From contig JBGSVZ010000113.1 of the NCBI GenBank assembly GCA_041752695.1, positions 52,254 through 116,253 of the forward strand: a stretch of 64,000 nucleotides of DNA. The letters are read 5' to 3'. A program made the translations under genes and the position numbers. Of the stretch, positions 29,044-39,596 are shown piece by piece. The notes under the pieces were generated by a model that was not told the origin of the DNA, did no database searches, and worked only from the letters and a program-made list of their open reading frames with translations. The DNA is from Terrimicrobiaceae bacterium. GTDB taxonomy: Bacteria > Verrucomicrobiota > Verrucomicrobiia > Chthoniobacterales > Terrimicrobiaceae. Within the stretch, counting starts at the first letter, position 1; the number at the start of each line of letters is the position of its first letter.

Positions 29044-30042
29044 ATGCTTCCTCTTGTGAACCTGCCCTTGCGTCCCCGGCGACTCCGTCGCACCGCTGCC
29101 ATCCGGAGTCTCGTGCGCGAAACCCGCGTCACCGCCGACGATTTGATTTATCCGCTGTTCGTTCATGAGGATTCGCAAAATGAGGAAATCGCCTCCATGC
29201 CCGGAGTCGTGCGCCATTCGCTCGAATCGCTCCTGCGGGAATGCGAGGCCGCGTTCACGGCCGGGATCTCCGGCGTGGCAGTATTTCCCTCCATCCGCCC
29301 CGAGCTGAAAGATGCTTCCGGCTCGCACGGCCTGGCCGAAGGCAACTTGCTTTATCGGGCGATCTCCCGCCTGAAGACCGCCCTGCCGGACCTGGCGATC
29401 ATCACCGACGTGGCGCTGGATCCTTATACCTCTCACGGCCACGACGGCATCCTCTCCCCAGATGGACACGACGTGGACAACGACGCCACGGTGGAAATTC
29501 TCTGCCGTCTCGCGGTCGCGGAAGCACGCGCCGGGGCCGACATCGTTGCGCCGTCGGACATGATGGATGGCCGCGTGGGAGCCATTCGCGCCGCGTTGGA
29601 TGCGGCAGGATTTGCGCAGACGATTATCATGTCGTACGCCGCAAAATATGCGTCCGCCTTTTACGGACCCTTCCGCGACGCCGTGGGCAGCAAACTCGGG
29701 AAGGATGGGATCAGCAAAGCATCCTATCAGATGGATCCCGCCAATACCCGGGAAGCCATTCGGGAAATCTCACTCGACGAAGACGAAGGCGCGGACATCG
29801 TGATGGTGAAACCCGCGGGAGCTTACCTCGATGTGATTCGCGCGGTCAAAGATGCGACGCTTTTACCCGTCGCCGCTTATCAGGTGAGCGGCGAGTACGC
29901 CCAGATTCACGCCGCCGCGCGACTGGGGTGGCTCGACTACGAACGCACCCGCGACGAATCGCTGCTCGCCATTAAACGCGCCGGCGCGGATATGATCCTG
30001 ACCTATTTCGCCCGCGAAGTGGCGGAACGCCCAAACCGCTAA
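29044..30042 (+). CDS. hemB: Porphobilinogen synthase
   Basis: RPRRLR, DVALDPYTSHGHDG, APSDMMDGR, MVKP, YQVSGEY. Confidence 0.97.
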   Translation: MLPLVNLPLRPRRLRRTAAIRSLVRETRVTADDLIYPLFVHEDSQNEEIASMPGVVRHSLESLLRECEAAFTAGISGVAVFPSIRPELKDASGSHGLAEGNLLYRAISRLKTALPDLAIITDVALDPYTSHGHDGILSPDGHDVDNDATVEILCRLAVAEARAGADIVAPSDMMDGRVGAIRAALDAAGFAQTIIMSYAAKYASAFYGPFRDAVGSKLGKDGISKASYQMDPANTREAIREISLDEDEGADIVMVKPAGAYLDVIRAVKDATLLPVAAYQVSGEYAQIHAAARLGWLDYERTRDESLLAIKRAGADMILTYFAREVAERPNR

Positions 30043-30374
30043 GCCACCGTTGCCACGGCGCTGCGGCGATCCGGAAGAATCGGGATGAGGGATTTAAAAC
30101 CGGAAATATCGAACACCTCGAGCACGTTGCGCGAAAGGGAGCAGATGGCGAATTTCCCGCCGAGGGCGTTCACCTTTTTGAGCGCCTGGAGGACGCTGCG
30201 CAGTCCCGCGCTGCTCACATAATTGAGCCGGGAAAAATCCCAGACAAAATTGCGGGCCCCATCGGCCAGAGCTGCCGCAAAGGCCTGGTCAATAAAAGTG
30301 ACCGTGTTGGCGTCGAGACGGCCATCGAGCGCCAGAATCGTGACGCCATTTTCTTCGCAATGCTCAATGTTCAT
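30039..30374 (-). CDS. STAS-domain anti-sigma-factor antagonist
   Basis: GRLDA, YVSSAGLR, VFDISGF; 111 aa from ATG 30374. Confidence 0.9.
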   Translation of the reverse strand: MNIEHCEENGVTILALDGRLDANTVTFIDQAFAAALADGARNFVWDFSRLNYVSSAGLRSVLQALKKVNALGGKFAICSLSRNVLEVFDISGFKSLIPILPDRRSAVATVA

Positions 30375-30461
30375 GGCAGGGAGAGGATGGAAGGATTTCC
30401 CGGGGGGCGTCAAAGCCAAAACCACGTTGACACCCCCGGTCGTCCCGCCCATCGTTTGCCC

Positions 30462-31739
30462 GTGCCGATTACCCTGAACTCCGAAACGTCGCGTGGCGTG
30501 TCCGTCATCAAACTGGAGGGGCGCCTCGACGCGCACGGCGCCAACGAGGTCGATCCCGCCCTGCCTGTTGGGAGGGCCGGTGAGACGGTGGTTCTCGACC
30601 TTGCCGGCGTCAATTATCTCAGCAGCGCAGGGGTGAGAGTTTTTGTCGCCCTGCACAAACGACTCCACGCCGCGGGAGGCCGGATGTTTCTGGCGACGGT
30701 CCAACCTTATTGCCGCGAGGTTCTGCGGATCTCGGGTCTGGAGCAGGTCTTCGCCATTTTCGAAACGCGGGAGGCCGCCCTGGCGGAAGCCCGCGGCGGT
30801 GCCGAGAAGCTGTCCCATGTCTGCGGGAGTTTTGCCTTTCATGCCGGTTCGTCCGAAAGCGGCGCCATTGAGGTACTGGGCAACATCGAGGACGTTCTGG
30901 CCTCCCGCATCACGGAAGATCAGGTGGTCCCCCGGAAATTTTCCGCGATGGAATATTCGCTTGGGCTCGGTGCTCTCGGCCCCGACGCAGCGTCCGTCAT
31001 GCCCTACATCGGCGAGATGATGACGATTGGCGGCACGATGGTGTGGTTGCCGACGGATGGCAACGACACGCCGGACTTTCTCGTCCCCCACCAAGACAGC
31101 GACGCCGTGGTGATTCGCACGGGTTTTAACGCGTCAATCGCGGGCGATTTCAACGAATACGTGGAGTTCGAAGCGTCGTCGCCGGAAGGAGCCACGTTGG
31201 CCGAGATCTACAACGCGTTGTTTGATTTTGCGAAAAACCGTCGGCCCGACTATCGCGGGGCAATCGCTCTCGCCATGCGGGCGGAGGTGGCGGGCGTTCT
31301 CGGCTGCGGAGTGGTGAAATCGCCCGTCGCCGCCCACGCCCCGGCCAATGGCAAATGGATCACCGACCCATCAAACTACCCGTCCTGGTTTGAAGTGGAC
31401 GAAACACCCCGCCATCGCAACGTGACCGGGTTGATCTGCGGCATCGGCCTGGATCTGGAAGCGGATCTCTCAGTGTTTGACCAAAAGCACCTCAGCGCGA
31501 CGTTCTACATTAATCCCGGAAATCAGGGCGGAGAGACGCGCGAAAAACTCCATAACCACGGCGTGTTTTTTGAGCCCCTCGCCGCAAACAAAAACCCGTC
31601 GAGCCTTGAAGCCGAAATCCAGAGTGTGGTGGAAGACGGGACGTTTGTGGACATGCGCCATCTCTTTGATCGGACCACCATCAAGCAGGCGCTCATCGGC
31701 GTGGTGTACGCTCAGGAATTCCGGCCCGAGCAGGCCTGA
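30462..31739 (+). CDS. STAS domain fused to a ~310-aa uncharacterised domain
   Basis: GRLDA, YLSSAGVR; C-terminal region unrecognised. Confidence 0.8.
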   Translation: MPITLNSETSRGVSVIKLEGRLDAHGANEVDPALPVGRAGETVVLDLAGVNYLSSAGVRVFVALHKRLHAAGGRMFLATVQPYCREVLRISGLEQVFAIFETREAALAEARGGAEKLSHVCGSFAFHAGSSESGAIEVLGNIEDVLASRITEDQVVPRKFSAMEYSLGLGALGPDAASVMPYIGEMMTIGGTMVWLPTDGNDTPDFLVPHQDSDAVVIRTGFNASIAGDFNEYVEFEASSPEGATLAEIYNALFDFAKNRRPDYRGAIALAMRAEVAGVLGCGVVKSPVAAHAPANGKWITDPSNYPSWFEVDETPRHRNVTGLICGIGLDLEADLSVFDQKHLSATFYINPGNQGGETREKLHNHGVFFEPLAANKNPSSLEAEIQSVVEDGTFVDMRHLFDRTTIKQALIGVVYAQEFRPEQA

Positions 31740-31844
31740 AACTCGTCCGTCCCCGACATTTCCAACCATTGCCTCGGTCACCGCAACCCAAAAATTCCCC
31801 GGCACAAGTCCGACCTGATCGAGCAGGCGGGTTTTGCCCCCCGC

Positions 31845-32687
31845 TCAACCCTTCACTCCCCCGAGCTGGATGCCCGAGATAAGCTGTTTTTGCATGACGA
31901 CAAAAAGAATGATCAGGGGAACGACATTCATGACGGTGGCCGCCATGATCAGTTCCGTTTGCTGACCGTATTGCCCTTGGAAACTGAGCAGTCCGACCGG
32001 AATGGTCCGCATGGCGTCGTCTTTCACCATCACCAGCGGCCAGAAGAACGACTGGAAGTTTCCGAGAAAAGTGAAGATGCCAAGAGCAATCAGGCCCGGT
32101 CGGGCCATGGGCAGAATGACATCCAGGAAAGTCTGAAGGTGCGTGGCCCCATCGATCTCCGCGGCTTCGTCGTAACTGCGAGGAATGCCGATCATAAACT
32201 GCCGCAGCAAAAACGTGCCAAAAGCGGAAAAGGCGGCAGGAATAATCAGGCCCTGGTACGTATTGACGAAATTCAACCCGACCATGATCTGATAGTTCGG
32301 AAGCATGGTCACCATGCCGGGAATCATCATCGTACCAAGATACAGCAGGAACACTTTGTCCCGGCCCGGCCATTGCAGGCGGGCGAAGGCATAAGCCGCC
32401 AACGAGCTGGTCAGCACTTGAAGGACGGTGACCCAACTGGCGATAAAGATGCTATTGAAATACCACTTCGGGAAATCCAGATCGAGGTATTTGCCGGTAT
32501 AAGGATCCGGCTTCTGGCGCAACACGATCGCGTAGTTCTCGGGCTGCGGATTGGTGGGGACCAGACTCATTTCCTCCACCTCATGGTGGGGTTTGATACT
32601 GGTGCCCAGCATCCAGAGAAACGGGACGGTCATGGTGATCGCGATAAGGATCAACCCGGCGTGTTTAAGGAGAGAGCGGATTTCCAT
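31845..32687 (-). CDS. Carbohydrate ABC transporter permease
   Basis: EAAEIDGA motif. Confidence 0.93.
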   Translation of the reverse strand: MEIRSLLKHAGLILIAITMTVPFLWMLGTSIKPHHEVEEMSLVPTNPQPENYAIVLRQKPDPYTGKYLDLDFPKWYFNSIFIASWVTVLQVLTSSLAAYAFARLQWPGRDKVFLLYLGTMMIPGMVTMLPNYQIMVGLNFVNTYQGLIIPAAFSAFGTFLLRQFMIGIPRSYDEAAEIDGATHLQTFLDVILPMARPGLIALGIFTFLGNFQSFFWPLVMVKDDAMRTIPVGLLSFQGQYGQQTELIMAATVMNVVPLIILFVVMQKQLISGIQLGGVKG

Positions 32688-32692
32688 GAAAA

Positions 32693-33802
32693 TTACTCCG
32701 AAGCCGTGTTGCCATACTTCCAGTTGAAGAGCGTCACCGCCATGATGATGATGAAAAGAACCCACGAAACCGCCGCCCCGTATCCGAGATCGAGACGTTC
32801 AAAACCCTGGGTGTAGATGTAATAACTCAGCGTGGTGGTTGTGCCGGCGGGACCACCCTCGGTCATCAGCCGGGCTTGCTCAAAACCGCCCTGCAGTCCG
32901 CCGATGATGCCCATGACGACAATAAAAAACGTCGTCGGCGCGAGCTGGGGGAACGTAATGAAACGAAACCGCTGCCAGCCGCTGGCTCCGTCAATATCCG
33001 AAGCCTCATACAGTTCGGGAGGGATGTTGGAAATGCCCGCGAGATAGAGCACCATCGTATTGCCGCCGACGGAACCCCAGATGCCCATGATCATGATTGC
33101 CTCACGGGCCCCCAGACCAAATCCCCCGTTGTTAAAATGTTCCGGAAAGGGAAGAAATCCGAGGAGGGACTTCGTGCTGGTGAGCCACCCCGGCGGATCA
33201 ATCTGCCAGCCGACCAGATTCCCAAAAGCGACGAGCGATTGATTGATCAAGCCGAAGTTCGGATTGTAAAGCTGCATCCAGAGCAGAATGGTTCCGGCTC
33301 CCGCCGTGAAATGCGGGAGATAATAAAAGGTGCGGTAACCGATGGAGCCGAAATAGACCCCCACGGCAGTAATCAGGCCCAACGCGCCCAGAATGAGGGC
33401 CATGGTGCCCGAACCGGTCAACGCCAGAAGGATACAGAGGATCACCGTAAAAATGACCGTTCCGATGGCCAACCGCTGAGCGGCCCGGGGACCGCGAAAA
33501 TCCAGCTTCTGACTGAGAAAAACGGCCAGCGCAAGGGAACCGGCGATGCCAATGGGCATGGCCAGCAGCAAATACAGGGTGTTGTAGAAGTAAAAGTAGA
33601 AATTCGGATCGAAAAACAGGTCGATGTAGTTTTGGAGTCCAATGAATTTCAGGGGAACCGAGGGCCGAAGACTCCAGGTGGTGAAACTTCCCAGAAGACT
33701 GATGATGATCGGGCCCAGGGTGAAGACCAGGAATCCGGCAAGATTCGGCGCCAGAAAAAGCAGCGCGATGAAGATGTTGCGACGATGGGCGGGAGTTGTC
33801 AT
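32693..33802 (-). CDS. Sugar ABC transporter permease
   Basis: LYEASDIDGA...RFRFITFP. Confidence 0.93.
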   Translation of the reverse strand: MTTPAHRRNIFIALLFLAPNLAGFLVFTLGPIIISLLGSFTTWSLRPSVPLKFIGLQNYIDLFFDPNFYFYFYNTLYLLLAMPIGIAGSLALAVFLSQKLDFRGPRAAQRLAIGTVIFTVILCILLALTGSGTMALILGALGLITAVGVYFGSIGYRTFYYLPHFTAGAGTILLWMQLYNPNFGLINQSLVAFGNLVGWQIDPPGWLTSTKSLLGFLPFPEHFNNGGFGLGAREAIMIMGIWGSVGGNTMVLYLAGISNIPPELYEASDIDGASGWQRFRFITFPQLAPTTFFIVVMGIIGGLQGGFEQARLMTEGGPAGTTTTLSYYIYTQGFERLDLGYGAAVSWVLFIIIMAVTLFNWKYGNTASE

Positions 33803-35241
33803 CAGAGGGCTTTGTAGGCAGCTTCCCCGAAACGCTCGATGTAGAGCTTTTTGAGGTCGGGACTTCGTTCCAGATTGCGACGGAGCAAGGTTTGCAACTC
33901 ATCCCCGGCGGTTTGCAACAGGGCATCCACCGGCAGATTGGGATCGCTTTCCATCCGGCTAATTTGAGCTCTCAGCACGCGGATGACGTCGCTGGAAAGA
34001 ATAAACGGGCTGTCCCGCGGAGCGTAGCCGCTGGCCATCGCAATCTCGGTGGTCTTTTGCAACTCCAACCGCGCCAGGTCGGGGGGACCGGGGTCCACGC
34101 CAAGGTTGGCAAACTCGGGATTTCCCGGGAGCCAGTCGGCGCTTTCGTTAAGCAATTTGGAATAGACCGGGCCCGCGAGGTATTGAAGAAACGCCAGAGC
34201 CTCTTCACGGCGCGGACTTTTCGCGTTGATTCCGGCCACCCGGCTGCCCACCCGGTTGATTGGCGGTTTACCAGCGAAATGGGGGACCAGCACCGCCCCC
34301 AGGCGAAGGGGCCTTTCCAGCGGGTTTTTGATGTCTTCGATCTTGATTCCTTGACGCTCGAAATTCTCCACCTGCTTTTGATAGGCCCGGCCGAACGCGA
34401 TGAGAGACCAATGCCCGGTGACGACCATGGCATAACGATTGGCCGCCACTTGATTGAGGTTGCCCGACCCCCACCCGCCCTGGCCGCTCATCTGTTTGGC
34501 CTCCACCGTGCTGGGCATCAGACGGTGCTTGTAAATAAAGTCGTGATGCATCTGGAAGGCCGTCATCAAATCGGGCGAGTTCGCGATGCGCAGTGCGCCC
34601 TTTTCATCAAAGAACTCGCCGCCCAGGGTGTCGAAAAAGGTCCGCCAGTCGAATCCCGTACAGGCAAAAATCGCCGGGCCTTCCGATTTCTCCGTAGTGG
34701 CAGAGTTCACCTTCTGGGCAAGCTCCACCAGAGCATCCCAAGTCATGAGACCGGATGGGTAGGGAATCCCAAAGTGGTCAAAAACGTTTTTATTGTAGAT
34801 CAGGATGCTCGATCCGGTGTTGCAGGGGAACCCATATTGGCGTCCCTCCTGCGTGTAGGTCATACTGCCATTGGGCCAACCGGATTTCTCCGCGGAAAAT
34901 CCCATTTTGGCCGCAGCCTCGGTGACATCCCACACCACGCCCGCTTCGACATAGGTGCCAATGTCCTCGCTGCCGAAATCAAAGATGTCCGGGCCGACCC
35001 CGCTGGCCGATTGAAGGATGATTTTCTGAGCGCCGGAACTCCCGTAGTCCAGGCTGAGCTGGAGATTGGGATGAAGTTCGTTGAAGGCCTCGATCTGCGC
35101 TGTCCTCGCGGGATTGTTGTCGCTCACCCAGACTAGAGGCGTCTTTCCGTCCAGTTTCTGATCAGGCCGCCAGATCGCGGCGAGGCCGCTGAGGGCAATC
35201 AGCGCGGCAAAGACAATCAGAAGTAATTTCGACGTGGTCAT
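33802..35241 (-). CDS. Sugar ABC transporter substrate-binding protein
   Basis: N-terminal TM/signal; PDIF, YGFP, YNK..FD, TWD. Confidence 0.9.
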   Translation of the reverse strand: MTTSKLLLIVFAALIALSGLAAIWRPDQKLDGKTPLVWVSDNNPARTAQIEAFNELHPNLQLSLDYGSSGAQKIILQSASGVGPDIFDFGSEDIGTYVEAGVVWDVTEAAAKMGFSAEKSGWPNGSMTYTQEGRQYGFPCNTGSSILIYNKNVFDHFGIPYPSGLMTWDALVELAQKVNSATTEKSEGPAIFACTGFDWRTFFDTLGGEFFDEKGALRIANSPDLMTAFQMHHDFIYKHRLMPSTVEAKQMSGQGGWGSGNLNQVAANRYAMVVTGHWSLIAFGRAYQKQVENFERQGIKIEDIKNPLERPLRLGAVLVPHFAGKPPINRVGSRVAGINAKSPRREEALAFLQYLAGPVYSKLLNESADWLPGNPEFANLGVDPGPPDLARLELQKTTEIAMASGYAPRDSPFILSSDVIRVLRAQISRMESDPNLPVDALLQTAGDELQTLLRRNLERSPDLKKLYIERFGEAAYKAL

Positions 35242-35337
35242 GCGGGCAGTGCGCGAAAAATGTTGGCGGTTGGGAAGAGGGGCGTGGGTGGAGCCGGTGA
35301 TCTTTGCCGGAATCGCCGCGCTTGTTAATGAGAAAAA

Positions 35338-36369
35338 TCAATTTTTTGCAACATCCCTCGATCGCCCGGAAGACGCACGGAGAATCAGTTGCGGCCGGAT
35401 CAAAACCGGCCGGGACGCAGAGGCCGGCGGGACGTCCAGCAAACGAACCGCATTTTCAATCAGCTCGATCACCTGGGGATCAATGGTGCTCAGCCCCGGA
35501 GCGGCAAACGGACTGAAGTCGGCGTTGTCGTAACCAATGATCGAGACATCGTCCGGAACCATCCGACCGCCCGCTTGAATGACCCGCATCATGCCAATGG
35601 CTACACGGTCATTAATGGCGAGGACGGAGGAAGCCGGGTTGGGCAATCTGAGATATTGCGCCCCAAACTGGGTCCCCGCGTCAAAATCACTGGCCGATTC
35701 CGCCGGGGTCAAAAGGACGACGTCGCGCTCGAAATTCCAGCCCAGGGAACGGCAGCCGTCCTTTAATCCAGCGATACGCTGACGGCCGTACGAACTGCTC
35801 CCGCAAAAGCCCGCGGCCACAAGTCGACGGTGACCGTCGGCATGCAGCGCAGCCATCGCCTCGGCAATTCCGCGCCGCCGGTCAGTGGAAACGGATTGTT
35901 TCACCCTCGCTTGCAGAGGATCGATGCGCACGTAGGGAATTGCCTGCGTTTCAAGCATTCGCACTCCCGGGTCGGAATCCCTCATCCGGGAGGCAATCAG
36001 GACCACGCCCGCGCAACGCATGGCCGCGAAACGTCCGACGGCCGCGTTCTCATCCGCCTCGTCCGCGATGACCTGCACCAAAGGGTGCAACCCTTTCCGA
36101 CGCAGGGCCTCCTGCAACAGACTGATCTTGGTGGTGAGAAAATAGTCCACCAGATCCGGCAGGCAGATGCCCACGAGATTCGTCCGGCCCGAACGCAGCC
36201 CACTGCCCAACAGGCTGGGCGAAAATCCCGCCTGGCGGGCCGCTTCCGTGATGCGCTCCACCGTTCTGGGGTCCACTCCGGAATGACCATTGAGTGCCCG
36301 CGACACCGTCCAGCGCGAGAGCCCGAGCAGTCGCGCAAGCTGGGAGGTGGAGGAAACCGGGGATTTCAT
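35338..36369 (-). CDS. LacI-family regulator
   Basis: LARLLGLSRWTVSRALN; VPDDVSIIGYDN. Confidence 0.93.
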   Translation of the reverse strand: MKSPVSSTSQLARLLGLSRWTVSRALNGHSGVDPRTVERITEAARQAGFSPSLLGSGLRSGRTNLVGICLPDLVDYFLTTKISLLQEALRRKGLHPLVQVIADEADENAAVGRFAAMRCAGVVLIASRMRDSDPGVRMLETQAIPYVRIDPLQARVKQSVSTDRRRGIAEAMAALHADGHRRLVAAGFCGSSSYGRQRIAGLKDGCRSLGWNFERDVVLLTPAESASDFDAGTQFGAQYLRLPNPASSVLAINDRVAIGMMRVIQAGGRMVPDDVSIIGYDNADFSPFAAPGLSTIDPQVIELIENAVRLLDVPPASASRPVLIRPQLILRASSGRSRDVAKN

Positions 36370-36377
36370 TTGACGCA

Positions 36378-36402
36378 AAACGTTTCCTCACCTAACACGT
36401 GT
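36378..36402. promoter_or_regulatory. Candidate LacI-family operator(s) in the divergent promoter
   Basis: CG-centred palindromes AAACGTTT (36378-36385) and ACACGTGT (36395-36402). Confidence 0.4.
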
Positions 36403-36443
36403 GTGGTTATTCTGTCATTTTCTTTTTCTCTCCCACTCGATTT

Positions 36444-37601
36444 ATGAAGGAACTTCGTCTCGGAATTGTCGGCCTTGGAAACATGGGCCGCACCCACGCA
36501 AATGTCATCCTGGCCGGCCAGGTCCCGCGCTGTCGGCTGACGGCGGTCTGCGATGAAAGTCCTGAGCGGCTGAAGGGATGGGAGAATCTGGCAAACTTCA
36601 ACACCGCCGCCGAGATCATCGCCTCCGGAGAAGTTGATGCCATCCTCATTGCCACGCCGCATTATGCCCACACGACAATTGGAATCGCGGCGCTGCGGGC
36701 GGGTCTTCATGTCCTGGTGGAAAAGCCCATCTCGGTGCACAAGGCAGACTGCCAGCGACTGATCGCGGCGCACAAATCGAAGAAGCAAGTCTTTGCCGCG
36801 ATGTTCAACCAGCGGACGGACACATTTTATCAGAAGATCCGCGAACTGGTCCGCGACGGCACCCTTGGCGACATCCGGCGTGTGACCTGGACAATCACGG
36901 ATTGGTTTCGCACCGAGGCCTACTACGCGTCGGGTGGATGGCGGGCGACCTGGGCAGGCGAGGGTGGCGGGGTGTTATTAAATCAATGTCCGCACAATCT
37001 CGACCTCTACCAATGGATCTTTGGCATGCCGGACAAGGTGCGGGGATTCTGTCAGATCGGCCGACACCACGACATTGAAGTCGAGGACGATGTGACGGCG
37101 TATTTTGAATACAAAAACGGCATGACCGCCGTCTTCATCACCTCCACTGGAGAGGCCCCCGGAGCCAACCGCCTGGAGATCACCGGTGAGAATGGCCGTC
37201 TGGTGTATGAACAAGGCACTCTGGCTTTTGTCCGAAACGAGGTGCCCATGACCAAGTTCAGCCGCACGACCACGGAAAGTTTCAGCCGTCCTCCGGTCTG
37301 GAACGTGGAGATTCCGCTGCAACAGAAGGGGGAGCAGCATTTGGGCATCATGAAAAACTTCACCAACGCCGTATTGGACGGGGAAAAGCTCATTGCCCCT
37401 GCGGCCGAAGGCATCCACTCCGTCGAACTTGGCAACGCCATCCTGCTCTCCTCGCTGGAAGGAAAAACCGTGGAGATGCCCATGTCCGCGCCCAAATACG
37501 AGGCGCGGCTGAAGAAGCTCATCACCACGTCCCGCTTCAAAAAGAAGGTCGTCAAAAAAGCCGGGCCAGCCACCGATTTTTCCCAATCCTTTGCGCGCTA
37601 A
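36444..37601 (+). CDS. Gfo/Idh/MocA oxidoreductase
   Basis: GIVGLG, ATPH, HVLVEKP, GGGVL. Confidence 0.93.
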   Translation: MKELRLGIVGLGNMGRTHANVILAGQVPRCRLTAVCDESPERLKGWENLANFNTAAEIIASGEVDAILIATPHYAHTTIGIAALRAGLHVLVEKPISVHKADCQRLIAAHKSKKQVFAAMFNQRTDTFYQKIRELVRDGTLGDIRRVTWTITDWFRTEAYYASGGWRATWAGEGGGVLLNQCPHNLDLYQWIFGMPDKVRGFCQIGRHHDIEVEDDVTAYFEYKNGMTAVFITSTGEAPGANRLEITGENGRLVYEQGTLAFVRNEVPMTKFSRTTTESFSRPPVWNVEIPLQQKGEQHLGIMKNFTNAVLDGEKLIAPAAEGIHSVELGNAILLSSLEGKTVEMPMSAPKYEARLKKLITTSRFKKKVVKKAGPATDFSQSFAR

Positions 37602-37640
37602 GCTTGTCGCGCGTCATTGCGAGTCGCAAGCTGCCTGTCC

Positions 37641-38813
37641 ATGAAATCCCCCACCCTCGTTGGTCCGGTTCGTCTGGGAATCGTGGGCTTGGGGGCAATG
37701 GGTTCCCATCACGCGCGCACGGTGCAGGAGGGGCTGGTGCCCGGCGGTGAACTCGCCGCAGTCTGCGACCTCGATCCCTCGTGTCTGGAGCCCTTCGAGG
37801 GCATCCCGGCTTTTTCCTCCGACAAGGCTTTGTTCCGCTCTGGGGCGGTCGATGCGGTCCTCATTGCCACGCCGCATTTTGCTCACACGACCATCGGCAT
37901 CGCCGCTTTGAAGGCAGGGCTGCACGTGCTAGTGGAGAAACCCATTTCCGTCCATCTGGCCGACGCCGTGCGGCTGGTCAGGGCACACACCGATCCTAAG
38001 CAGGTTTTTGCCGCAATGTTTAACCAGCGCACCGACCCCGCGTTCCAGAAGATCCGCGGCATAGTCCACGGGGGGGAATTGGGGACGGTGCGACGGATCC
38101 AGTGGACCATCACCGACTGGTTCCGAAGTCAGGCTTATTATGACTCGGGAGGTTGGAGGGCAACCTGGGCCGGGGAAGGCGGAGGAGTCTTGCTCAATCA
38201 AGGGGTCCACAACATTGACCTCCTCCACTGGATTTTCGGTCCCCCGCAGCGTGTGCGGGCCATTTGCAAACTGGGCGCACACCATGAGATCGAAGTCGAG
38301 GACGACGTGAGCGCCCTCTGGGAATATCCCGGCGGGGCCACAGGCGTCTTTGTCACCTCGACCGGTGAAGCCCCGGGGATCAACCGCCTGGAAATCTCCG
38401 GAGAACGCGGACGTCTGACATTCGAAAAGGGACGGCTCTCTTTCCTGCGCAACGAAGTCGAAACCCGCGGCTACAGCGACACCACACCCGAGGCTTATCA
38501 GCCGCCGGGGTGTTGGGAGGTGGAAATTCCGGTCCAACGAGACCTGCCACCTGGCGGCCAGCACGGAGCCATCCTCCGGAATTTTGTCAATGCCATCCGC
38601 ACCGGTGAGCCGCTCGTCGCGCCCGCGGCGGAAGGACTCGGATCGGTCGAACTCATCAATGCCATGCTGCTCTCTGCCGCTGAGGACCGCACGGTGACTC
38701 TCCCGCTTTCGGCCGCGCGCTACACCACATTTTTGCGCAAGCGCATTGCCGAATCCCAAACAAAAAAACGTGTGGTTCCCTACCGCGGAGCCGTCGGAAA
38801 CTACCTCACCTAA
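37641..38813 (+). CDS. Gfo/Idh/MocA oxidoreductase (paralog of preceding gene)
   Basis: Same motifs; shared YY.SGGWRATWAGEGGGVLLNQ. Confidence 0.93.
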   Translation: MKSPTLVGPVRLGIVGLGAMGSHHARTVQEGLVPGGELAAVCDLDPSCLEPFEGIPAFSSDKALFRSGAVDAVLIATPHFAHTTIGIAALKAGLHVLVEKPISVHLADAVRLVRAHTDPKQVFAAMFNQRTDPAFQKIRGIVHGGELGTVRRIQWTITDWFRSQAYYDSGGWRATWAGEGGGVLLNQGVHNIDLLHWIFGPPQRVRAICKLGAHHEIEVEDDVSALWEYPGGATGVFVTSTGEAPGINRLEISGERGRLTFEKGRLSFLRNEVETRGYSDTTPEAYQPPGCWEVEIPVQRDLPPGGQHGAILRNFVNAIRTGEPLVAPAAEGLGSVELINAMLLSAAEDRTVTLPLSAARYTTFLRKRIAESQTKKRVVPYRGAVGNYLT

Positions 38814-38819
38814 ACACCC

Positions 38820-39590
38820 ATGAAACTGAATCAAGTTGCCGCCCAACTTTATACCTGCCGGGATCTTCTCAAGACTCCCTCCGAGATCGCCACCACCCTG
38901 CGCCGCCTTCGCGAGGTGGGTTACACCGCCGTCCAAGTCAGCGGCATGGGCCCCATCCCCGAGGAAGAACTCAACACCATTCTCGATGGCGAAGGCCTGG
39001 TATGCTGCGCCACCCACGAGGGTTCCGACCTCATCCTCAACGATACCCCCAAGGTCATTGAGCGCCTGCAAAAACTCCATTGCGCTTACACCGCGTATCC
39101 GTTCCCCGCGGGCATAAACCTGAATAGCGAGGCTGAAGTGGACGGCCTCATTGCCAAACTGGACGCCGCCGGTGCCGCCATGGCCGCCGCCGGAATGACG
39201 CTTTGTTATCACAATCACAACCACGAGCTCCGCAAGCTCGGCGGCAAGACCATCCTCGATCGCATCTACGACAACACCAATCCCCGGCACCTCCAGGGCG
39301 AGCCCGATACGTTTTGGATTCACTATGGGGGAGCCGAAAATGTGGAGTGGTGCGAAAAACTGGCAGGCCGCCTGCCCCTCATTCATCTCAAGGACTATGA
39401 AACGACTCCGGAAAACACCCACGCCCTCTGCGAAATCGGCAAAGGCAACTTGAATTTCCCAAAAATCATCGCGGCCGCCGAGCAGTCCGGCTGCCAATGG
39501 TTCATCGTCGAACAGGACACCTGTCCCGGCGACCCGGTCGATTCCCTGCGTCAGAGTTTCGAATACATTAAAGCCAACCTCATTAGCTAA
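38820..39590 (+). CDS. Sugar phosphate isomerase/epimerase (TIM barrel)
   Basis: QLYT, YHNH..E, D.FW, HLKD, VEQD. Confidence 0.9.
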   Translation: MKLNQVAAQLYTCRDLLKTPSEIATTLRRLREVGYTAVQVSGMGPIPEEELNTILDGEGLVCCATHEGSDLILNDTPKVIERLQKLHCAYTAYPFPAGINLNSEAEVDGLIAKLDAAGAAMAAAGMTLCYHNHNHELRKLGGKTILDRIYDNTNPRHLQGEPDTFWIHYGGAENVEWCEKLAGRLPLIHLKDYETTPENTHALCEIGKGNLNFPKIIAAAEQSGCQWFIVEQDTCPGDPVDSLRQSFEYIKANLIS

Positions 39591-39596
39591 CACGCC

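Noticed and set aside
30039..31094. 351-aa ORF
   Set aside because: Only the last 111 aa form a STAS domain; the extension overlaps the divergent gene
37929..39593. 554-aa minus-strand ORF and similar long antisense ORFs (e.g. 33796-35136, 47543-49039, 51802-52980, 6436-7623)
   Set aside because: Shadows of well-supported genes in GC-rich DNA
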